Below are positions 26,401 through 35,612 of a stretch of 64,000 nucleotides of DNA, piece by piece (positions within the stretch are counted from its first letter, which is position 1; every line of letters starts with the position of its first letter). The notes under the pieces are model-generated. The model made no database searches and was not told the origin of the DNA. It saw nothing but the letters and a program-made list of their open reading frames with translations. The stretch is from contig CM082592.2 in the NCBI GenBank assembly GCA_040954595.2, positions 1 to 64,000 on the forward strand. Direction: 5' to 3'. The translations under genes and the position numbers were made by a program. The stretch is from Balanoglossus misakiensis. Taxonomy: Eukaryota; Animalia; Hemichordata.

Positions 26401-28657
26401 TATAACCATTGACCTTTGACCCTTGACCCTCGATCTCCAACTCTTAAACTCTAACCCTTGACCTCTAATCCTTGATCCTATACCGCTTGAACTTTGGACT
26501 CTAACCATTAAACCTCTAACCCATGAACTCCAACCCTCGACCCTTGAACTCTAACCCTTGACCTTTGAACTCTAACATTTGACCCTTGAACTCTTACCCT
26601 TGATTCTTGATCTCTAACCCTTGAACCCTAGACCATTAAACTCTAACCCTTGAACGCCAACTGTTGACCCATCAACTGTAATCCTTGACCTTTGACCCCT
26701 TGATCTCCAACTCTTGAACTCTAACCCTTGACCTTTGACCCTTGAACTCAAATCCTTGGCTGGTGAACTCTAACCCTTCACCCTTGACCCCTTGACCATT
26801 AAACTCTAACCCTTGATCCTTGTGCTCATAGCCTTGACCCTTGACCCCCTTGACCCTCGATCTAAAACTCTTGATCTCTAACCCTTGACCCCTTGACCAT
26901 TGAACTCTTACCCTTGATCCTTGACCCCTTGAACCTTGGACTCTAACCATTGAACCTTTGACCCATGAACTCTAACCCTTGACCCTTGAGCTCTTACCCT
27001 TGAACCTTTGACACTCAATCTCCAACTCTTTAACTCTAACCCTTGACCTTTGACCCTTGACCCTTGAACTCTTACCCTTTACTATTGATCTCTTACCCTT
27101 GATCTTTGACCCTTGAACTCTAACCCTTGAACTCTCTCTTCTCCTCCCCCTCACTCTCCATCCCATTCTCTCTCTCTATCACTCTCTAATAATAAATGTT
27201 AAACCCTAAACTTGTCAACTGAGCCTTAATGCTTGACCTTTAAACCCTTGACCCTAGAACCCTTGACCATTAAACTCTAACCCTTGAACGCCAACTGTTG
27301 ACCCATCAACTATAATCCTTGACCTTTGCCCCTTGACCCCTTGAACTCTAACTCTTGACCTTTGACCCTTGAACTCAAATCCTTGACCCTTGACCCCTCG
27401 ACCATTGAACTCTAACCCTTGATCCTTGTGCTCATACCCTTGACCCTTGATCTCCAACTCTTGAACTCGTACCCTTGACCTTTGACCCTTGAACCCAAAT
27501 CATTGGCTCGTGAACTCTAACCCTTGACTGTTGAACTCAAATCCTTGACCCCTTGACCATTGAACTCTAACCCTTGATCCTTGTGCTCATACCCTTGACC
27601 CTTGATCTCCAACTCTTGAACTCTAACCCTTGACCTTTGACCATTGTACTCTAACCCTTGATCCTTGACCCCTTGAACCTTGGACTCTAACCATTGAACC
27701 TCTGACCCATGAACTCCAACCCTTGACCCTTGAAACTAAACTCTTGATCCTTAAACCCTAAACTTGACAACTGACCCTTAATGCTTGACCTTTAAACCCT
27801 TGACCCTAGAACCCTTGACCATTAAACTCTAACCCTTGAACGCCAACTGTTGACCCATCAACTATAATCCTTGACCTTGACCCCTTGAACTCTAACCCTT
27901 GACCTTTGACCCTTGAACTCAAATCCTTGGCTCTTGAACTCTAACCCTTGACCGTTGAACTCAAATCCTTGACCCTTGACCCCTCGACCATTGAACTCTA
28001 ACCCTTGATCCTTGTGCTCATACCCTTGACCCTTGACCCCCTTGACCCTCGATCTCCAACTCTTGAATTCATACCCTTGACCTTTGACCCTTGAACTCAA
28101 ATCATTGGCTCGTGAACTCTAACCCTTGACCGTTGAACTCAAATCCTTGACCCTTGACCCCCTGACCATTGAACTCTTACCCTTGATCCTTGTGCTCATA
28201 CCCTTGACCCCCTTGACCCTCGATCTCCAACTCTTGAACTCTAACCCTTGACCTTTGACCATTGAACTATAACCCTTGATCTTTGACCCCTTGAACCTTG
28301 GACTCTAACCATTGAATGTTTGACCCATGAACTCTAACCCTTGACCCTTGAGCTCTTACCCTTGACCCTCGATCTCCAACTCTTGAACTCTAACCCTTGA
28401 CCCCTTGAACCTTGGACTCTAACCATTGAACCTTTGACCCATGAACTCCAACCCTTGACCCTTTGACCCTCGATCTCCAACTCTTCAACTTAACCCTTGA
28501 ACTTTGACCCTTGAACGCTAACCCTTGACCCTTGAACTCTTACCCTTGACTCTTGATCTCCAACCCTTGACCTTAGACCCTTGAACTCTAACCCTTGACC
28601 CTTGATCTCCAACCCTTGACCTTAGACCCTTGAACTCTAACCCTTGACCCTTGAACT
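23408..28657 (-). repeat. Satellite A, proximal array (TTGACCC/TTGACCT/CTCTAACCC on +)
   Basis: Reverse complement of the 5224-7345 motifs; marker caactgttgacccatc recurs at irregular 275-640-bp spacing. Confidence 0.95.
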
Positions 28658-28765
28658 GTCTCTTCTCCTCCCCCTCTCTCCATCCCATTCTCTCTCTGCA
28701 TCACTCTCTAATAATAAATATTAAAATGTTACAGAAAACCATAGAAATTGGGGTTATAGGCTTAC

Positions 28766-28896
28766 GGTCAGTGCATGTGTCACCAGTAGAGCAGTTGAAA
28801 CAATAACATGTAAACTGTGTACAGGAACCCGGTACTTGCGAGCAAATTCCACTGTTTAGGCAAGGAGAGGGTACACACTGGTTGTCTGGTTGATTC
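28766..28896 (-). pseudogene. EGF-like exon (8 Cys), most telomere-distal, outside the duplicated unit
   Basis: NQCVPSPCLNSGICSQVPGSCTQFTCYCFNCSTGDTCTD; polypyrimidine+CAG acceptor and GTAAG donor (alternative in-phase acceptor at 28885). Confidence 0.8.
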
Positions 28897-29409
28897 CTGT
28901 ATAGACAAAAAGAAAGAATATTGAGCAGGAAAACATCACTATAGGCTCAAAGCACTGAAACACACAGACACACAAATTCACTGATAAAGGCCCATCAACA
29001 TAAATGGGATGTGAACATCCACACCATTGCCGGTTTCCTGTATGGGTTGTTGAGAAAGTTGAGAACTTCTGAACATTATTTTGAAAAAGCAGGAGTTAAA
29101 ATCTACAGAAAATCACTAGAACAGTGCAGTCAAGGTATTGTCAAAATTACAGAATCTACAAACTACACTCAGCAGTCGTGTACATGTATACCTGACAACA
29201 ACCAAAAGGCTGTTTTGAAAAACCAAATGCTGTGAAATCCTTTAGAGTGCGACAAGAAACCACAGTTGCAACCGAAAACGAAAATAGTGATAACATTAAG
29301 CTAGCCCAAAGTTTGAGTTACCAGGGCTTTAATATGTGTACCATATTTATATTATATAATACATAACAAGTGTTTTGCATTGAATAAAATAATATTGGTT
29401 TGTACTTAT

Positions 29410-29531
29410 GCATTGTACATGTGGCACCAGTGAAGCATTCGGCACACATACAGTCAAACTGGAAACAGCCGTCTCACGCAACGCATGTGCCACCACATTT
29501 TGACAAGGCATAGAGTATAACTGATCAATGG
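29410..29531 (-). pseudogene. EGF-like pseudo-exon (donor GT>AT, 2-bp insertion)
   Basis: Unit-2 copy 46980-47099 reads IDQLYSMPCQNGGTCVARDGCFLFDCMCTECFTGATCTM with an intact donor. Confidence 0.8.
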
Positions 29532-29925
29532 CTGCCAAAACAAAAATGAAAGTATCAATGACCTGCTTGTCAAAAACTTGTACATGTACTTGTGATGTTC
29601 ATTTTGTTTAAATTATATAAGTGAGCAATGTCTTCATTCCTTATTTCAAACCTGTACATTTAAAATAACATAATGATGCTAGGATTTTTCTGTAAGAATC
29701 TTGAAAAATTAAAAAATATGCCATCAACATGATACAGAAGGCTTTCCTTTTTAACGTGCACCTCACACTCAATTTTGACCCTACATCAGCAAATTTTGAA
29801 AGGATGAAACTTTGTAATGCTTCCACCCCATTTATTGGTGTACGGGTCCATCTATCACATTGAGAATACCAAAAATGAGGGTTTATATACCACGCTGTGT
29901 CATAAAACAGTTGAATTCGACACAC

Positions 29926-30045
29926 CTACGGCACAGATGGCCCCCGTCCAACACTACTGGCAGTAACAGGTGTAGTCAGTATAAGAATTTGGTGTTTGGG
30001 AACAATAGCCTCCATTTTGACACAGATTCTGATCACATGGGTTAA
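29926..30045 (-). pseudogene. EGF-like pseudo-exon with in-frame stop, separated from its acceptor by a MITE
   Basis: NPCDQNLCQNGGYCSQTPNSYTDYTCYCQ*CWTGAICAV; unit-2 copy 47493-47615 is uninterrupted but has the same stop. Confidence 0.8.
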
Positions 30046-30637
30046 AGCCCCAGTATTTCTCGTGTTTATCCATTTTTCATCATCGAAAAATGCCCGTTTT
30101 TCCTGTACATTCATCATGGAATACTACATAATGAAGATAGAAGAAAGGTTTGGGCAACTATAGCTACGTGCAAGCTGTAAATATTGCCCGTAACACTTGA
30201 AATGATGCGCGGGTTTGTTTACAACGGAAATGTTGTACATGTCGATCAGCAAACGTGCCACTTTGACATTTGATGGTCAGACCATTTAAGGATTTTATCT
30301 CGTTCCATCGACTGATTTCTCCCATAAAGTTATCTTCCCAAAATTTCGCCGAATTAGTGCGCATTTCTTCGCTGAGTCGCTTGATTTGGGGCGACCAAAC
30401 CTCTTCCGCATAGATTCACATTTGAGTGCGCATGCGCACTAGTCACGTGTGTCAACAGAGCCTGACTTTCGGTCCGGACAGAAAGTCATTCTTCACCCGT
30501 TATATTGTAAATTGTATGAGTTTATGAGCAGAGCTGGGGATGATGACTGTTCGATTTAGTATCAATTATCATCTACTTTTATAAATTATAGATGCCGTTT
30601 CAAACAAAATTTTGCCCCTACGAGAAATACTGAGGCT
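30046..30637. mobile_element. Kolobok-type MITE (TTAA TSD), present only in unit 1
   Basis: TIRs agccccagtatttctcgt / acgagaaatactgaggct; TTAA at 30042-30045 and 30638-30641; empty TTAA site at ~47609-47612; AG..CT termini. Confidence 0.9.
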
Positions 30638-30816
30638 TTAATGACTATCAGAAAAAAAATGGTTTAAAAAACATGAAATGCAGATGGCTATACCTCAACT
30701 AAAGATGATTCCTGCACCACAACAAAATCCTTTGACACAAGCATTATACTGGAACCATACCCAGAACACGCATTAAGTATATGATGAAGGGACAATGTCT
30801 CTATTTTTGGGTAATA

Positions 30817-30915
30817 CAGTAAAACCTCTCTTTATGGACACCTCTCTAATCAGAACACCTAGTAAGATTGATTTTTCAAGCCAAATAGTATGGATAATAA
30901 AGGACGTCCCTTTTA
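30817..30915 (+). mobile_element. Possible one-ended pogo/Tc1-like MITE fragment
   Basis: TA followed by cagtaaaacctctc...ggacacctctcta resembles pogo/Tigger-type TIR starts; no second TIR seen. Confidence 0.3.
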
Positions 30916-31209
30916 CTTAATAAACAGATGTGTGCACCACCTTAGGAGAAATTACCTCACATGCACAATTATCTCTACAGACACTAGTCTTCAAGAGGCA
31001 ACTCATGTATATTTGAGTGATGAAAACATCCAGCTTCGTACACTTCCTCACAAGTTCGTGCCTATCCTAAATTGCACGGACATACAAATGAAATTTCTGT
31101 TTTCTTTTCTCTTGTGGGAATTTTAGAAATGAGAAGTTACCACACAATTCAATTGCCATGAAGAGAAAGTGCCCAAAAGATTGTCATTTACGGTACGTCA
31201 GAAACTTAG

Positions 31210-31332
31210 ATATTTCACAACGGTTACCCTCATAGCAACCAGTACAGGCACAGGTATATGCCGTGCAGGAGTTGGCCACTGCATTACATACAGCCCCGTT
31301 GAGACAGCTGTTTCGCTGGCATGGATCTTGGA
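31210..31332 (-). pseudogene. EGF-like exon (8 Cys), donor mutated GT>CT in unit 1
   Basis: QDPCQRNSCLNGAVCNAVANSCTAYTCACTGCYEGNRCEI, 123 nt, phase 1-1; intact copy at 48181-48303. Confidence 0.85.
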
Positions 31333-31662
31333 CTGCAATAAAAAGTGCAACCTAATGTTATCTCAGCAATATTTACTTTTAAAAATCTGTTTGATAAAAA
31401 CATCATCATTACCATTACTGTAAATACTGAACGGAACTTCACTTCCAAAAACAACTTGCTCATTCTGGGACGCACTTGTGGGGCTATGAAAATAAACATG
31501 TTTTCTTTCAGTTGTACATCATTTTTGAGGTGAACGATTCCCAAGGCCCAAGGTGTGATGCTGAAGATGAAAATATAAAGTATGACCAACAGACAATGTA
31601 TTGAGACATGATTGTAAATGTTAGTTCCTGCATGACAAAACGTTTGTTTTAATGAGTTTTAC

Positions 31663-31779
31663 ACTGGCTGCAGTGTGTGCCGGTGAAACATCCTGGACAA
31701 GTACACTCATAAGTTGTACACGACAGCCAAGTACACTGCCCATTGTTCAGGCATGGACTTGGCCTACATGGAGTTTGTT
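31663..31779 (-). pseudogene. EGF-like exon (8 Cys)
   Basis: QTPCRPSPCLNNGQCTWLSCTTYECTCPGCFTGTHCSQ, 117 nt, AG/GT flanks; copy at 48696-48812. Confidence 0.85.
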
Positions 31780-32095
31780 CTGTTTCAATGGAATGAAAAA
31801 AAATAAATAGTAGTGACATAAGTTTTTAGGGTATGACCATTTCCTTAATTCCTACAGCTGTGGTTCTATCGGGTTCTCCTATAACTAAGCTTCCTTAATG
31901 TATAACTGAACAATAAGAATTACTTATTGTACTTTTGGGAGTTTAGGACTGTGGTACTTGCAAAAAAGACTCAATTCCTGAAAGTGCCTATTTGGTTTGT
32001 CACATCCTAAATATACAGGTAATTTCATAGCTGCCAGCTATGACAAATATACCGGTATGAGGGGGGAAAAACAGTTCCTCGTCTGATAAATTTAC

Positions 32096-32218
32096 CTTGG
32101 TCACAGGTGATTCCAATGAAATAGCCTTGACAGCGACAGGTAAACGCACTGCACGATCCACTGATTGGCTCACAGATACCGTTGTTCATGCACGGATTGG
32201 GAGAACATTGATCGAGTC
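32096..32218 (-). pseudogene. EGF-like exon
   Basis: LDQCSPNPCMNNGICEPISGSCSAFTCRCQGYFIGITCDQ, 123 nt; copy at 49128-49250 keeps the seventh Cys (GCII). Confidence 0.85.
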
Positions 32219-32705
32219 CTGGGGGTTGCATGTAAATCAACCAACAATTGCATATTAACATCACAAGTCATTTCACTATTTTTTCATTCCAAACTTAAAA
32301 GATTGCTTGTAACTTGCTGAACAAATATTCATATGGACAGACTATTCTAGCTTGGAACAGGCAAAATCAAGGGTGCCCTGACGCCCAACTTTTAAGAGCA
32401 GTTCATTTACTGAAACTGCCAGCACCCAATATTATCCCACATGTAATCAATATGTGGAAATCAAATACATCTGTAACAGTTTTAATTTACCATGTGGGTA
32501 TTTGCATGGAGGGCCATGGTATTTGTTACCTACTGATAAAATACCCTTCAAAACAATATCCTCATTTCTTCAGAAGTTTGGCAACAAGACCAATAAAGTT
32601 TCACATCAAAATTTACAATGTATAAATAAGCTTAAAAGATCTACGGAATGAAGATTGCTTGTTTGTTTGCAGGGTGTCTTGAAAGTATATACTCACTTGT
32701 TTGAC

Positions 32706-33590
32706 CATGGACCCTAGAGAAAGAAGGACGCGCAATTCCAGTTTTTTCTTGAAATGATGTTCTTTTGCATACATTATTTCCAGATAAATCCCAATAATCC
32801 AATTTGCAAATAAACTGTGTATAAACTAACGCAAAGTCTCGTGTTTTGCGTGAAGTTATCACAACACCTCAGAACATCTCGCAGAAGACGAGAAAACTGC
32901 AACGTGGTTGAACACAGCGATTATTTATGGAACACATCTGGACAAGTTAAACAGGAATTTGAATCTGAGTCTGACAGCGTCCAAAACAAGCATCTTTTGT
33001 CTAACAGTCCGGGTATTTCACAAGGCTGTGAGCTAACCGTACCGAGGGTTGCCTGGCGGCCATAGCGCACACATGATAATCCACCCAGTTTGTTTACAAA
33101 TTGTTTTCGTGAAATCTGTTTTATTGTTCACGCACTGCGAAATAAAATGCCCCTAAACCACAATTTTTATTTCAATGCTTCACGCAAACATAAAATTATT
33201 ACGAAAAGTGTCAGCGTTACTAAGAAATATGAGTGCCCAGTCGGACATGCAAAAAACATGGATGATTTGTTTACAATTTTTAAATGAAGCTTGTGGCACT
33301 AGAAATGACCGTTCAACCGACAGACGAACACCAAACCATAATAATTATCACAGACATCGTAATACTTTAAGAATTTTAGAAAAAAACGCAGTGGCTGCTG
33401 AAATGCAGGAGTGCCAGTTTGGTGGCAAGTTTTCGCATCACTGGTGGGGTCGACACGTGCCGAAGTAAGGAAGTCATTGTCCAACTGTCCTGGGTGTTAA
33501 TTATATGCAAAAAAACATCATCATACAGATAATCCCCAAACCCTTTGATCTTTGCCGCAGTTGCTCGTCCTTCTTTCTCTAGGGTCTATG
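32706..33590. mobile_element. Non-autonomous DNA transposon with CAT..ATG termini and 7-bp TSD (P-element-like)
   Basis: TIR catrgaccctagagaaagaaggacg at both ends; TSD gtttgac at 32699-32705 and 33591-33597. Confidence 0.85.
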
Positions 33591-33705
33591 GTTTGACAGA
33601 TGTCACCTGTGTAAGAGTTCACATACTGGCATGAATAGAAATTGCACGATGTTTGCTGGCAAAATCCACCATTCATACATGGGTTGGGATCACAGGGGTT
33701 TTGCA
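33591..33705 (-). pseudogene. EGF-like pseudo-exon whose donor is displaced by a transposon
   Basis: QNPCDPNPCMNGGFCQQTSCNFYSCQ(Y/C)VNSYTGDICQT; original GTGAGT donor lies at 32691-32696; copy at 50623-50737. Confidence 0.82.
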
Positions 33706-34259
33706 CTGGAAATTAAGAAAGGACGCCATTTTATTCCTTGCTACTCATTCTACAGTACATATATGGCAAAAACCTTGCAGAATTATGGCAAGGGTGTGCG
33801 GAGTGATTGTGCCTACAACTTATATTAGGCTGGTATCAAGTTGTTCACACCTCCATAGATCATGTGGCAGTGACTGTGAGGCAAGGGCTTCCCTTCATGA
33901 AATCAAAGACCTGTGTACTGGAGGAGGGTTCCTTGCAAATGCTTGACTTGACTTCAAGCACACCTGTAGACTCATATGTAAATTTACACTATCTGGCCTG
34001 GAGTGAGAATTTCCATAGTGGATGTGTGTTGACAAAAGGCAGTAAAATTGGCCAGTCGCGCATAATGTTTCTTGAACCAAGACAATCAAGACATTATGCG
34101 CCACGAAAGTGATTTTGATTGGAAAGAGTGTAATCTTGCATTCGATGTCAAGAACTCTCCAAGCTCTGCTGTGGAGATGGCTACACCTATGCTCAGGAAA
34201 CATGCAGTATTTGAATGCATCAGAGACAAAAGGTAAAAGAGACTGCGCTGTATACTTAC

Positions 34260-34382
34260 ATATCTCACACCTATCACCTTTGTAGCAACCAGTACATATG
34301 CAGGTGAGATCAAAGCAGGAATTTCGAGCCGGTTGACAGAAGCCACCATTCTGGCACGGATTTGGTTGACACTGGTTGAGTC
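34260..34382 (-). pseudogene. EGF-like exon (8 Cys)
   Basis: LNQCQPNPCQNGGFCQPARNSCFDLTCICTGCYKGDRCEI, 123 nt; copy at 51270-51392. Confidence 0.87.
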
Positions 34383-34682
34383 CTGCAAGGAAAAGGGTCA
34401 AATTTTCCATGATCATCAATGTCACGTGATTATGATTGTATGTAAGTGGCTGAGTTTCCTTCAAAAATTGTGATGTGACAAACCGACAAATTAGCATATT
34501 AGCATAATCAGAATAAATAAAAAAAAATGCACAGGTAGTTTAAAAGAACAAAAACTTTCGAAACGGAATAGAGCTAAGCTGCTATCCCTTTCTATTTTTG
34601 TGTTTGTACAACATCAGTGAAGTTTAAATCATAATAAAAAAATGATAATTATCATTATTAACTGCTACAGATTCAAACTTAC

Positions 34683-34796
34683 TTGTCTCACAACTGGTTC
34701 CCTAGTAACACTCTGTGCACATGCAAATTGTGGCAGTACAAGAATTTACCTGTTGTTGGCAGGTACCTCCATTGAGACAAGGACTTCATAAGTTGT
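34683..34796 (-). pseudogene. EGF-like pseudo-exon with two stops
   Basis: NL*SPCLNGGTCQQQVNSCTATICMCTECY*GTSCET; copy at 51664-51777. Confidence 0.8.
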
Positions 34797-34835
34797 CTGA
34801 AAACACCAGTTTGCCCAATTTTCACTAATGTATAG

Positions 34836-35501
34836 GAATACATGAGAAGTCGGCCAGATTAGAAGTCGGCCAGTACGCGCGCATGAGAAGTCGGCCAGTA
34901 TGAGAAGTCGGCCAGTTGTTGAACTTGTACCCGAATAGTGCAGTAATGACCCAGATTACTTATAACAACACTTAATAAAATATAATTGCACTAAATATTT
35001 TCATTTGGACGGATTTCCCAAATTCTTGACAACACAATGACGTCATTTCAAATAATGGCATCTGGCATCCGTACCGGTTCCCCAGCCTCGTATCCGCGTA
35101 AGGAGCTTAGGTTGTTCGCCAAATTCCTGTGACATTTCTGATTAAAGGGAGTTGTTTCAAAGCCTACTAAAATACATAGAAGATGTATGTGTATATTCAT
35201 ACTTTCTGAGACAACACCAAACAAACAAACAAACAAACGTGACAAGGAACAGACTACTGGCGCAGCTCAAGAAGTGCAGGTGACTGATGTTGACGTACCC
35301 CGGTGACGTACATGAAAAGTGAACAGACAGTTTTAAAATTCATCGGCTATTTGTACAAATATCTCAGCTCCTGTACATCAAGGAAACATTTCGTAGTGAA
35401 ACAGTTATATATAACACAAAGTACCAGGGTTCTCTCCCACAGGCCGACTTCTCGTACTGGCCGAGACCGACTTCTCATACTGGTTGACTTCTCAGGACAC
35501 C
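34836..35501. mobile_element. Foldback/Mutator-like non-autonomous element with subterminal tandem repeats and 8-bp TSD
   Basis: (tgagaagtcggccagta)n at the left end, inverted copies at the right end; atgtatag at 34828-34835 and 35502-35509. Confidence 0.72.
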
Positions 35502-35612
35502 ATGTATAGCTAGCTGTTGAACTCAAAAAATATGTAAAACTACAAGTGATGTAAACAACTTGTGGAACCATGTTCAAATCGAGACAAGAAGAAAAGGGAT
35601 TTCAAGACTTAC

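Noticed and set aside
5363-28100. ORFs rich in SRVRVQGSKVKG, PHT or GW residues across the satellite region
   Set aside because: Translations of tandem repeats in several frames, with no splice structure or domain signal
23408-28657. Interpretation as an interstitial or degenerate telomere
   Set aside because: CTAACCC occurs only singly within a 7-bp-based complex repeat; there are no tandem hexamer runs, so telomeric origin cannot be supported
34845-34917. Short direct repeats resembling a CRISPR array
   Set aside because: No unique spacers, inverted copies at the other end and a TSD identify a transposon subterminal repeat in a eukaryote
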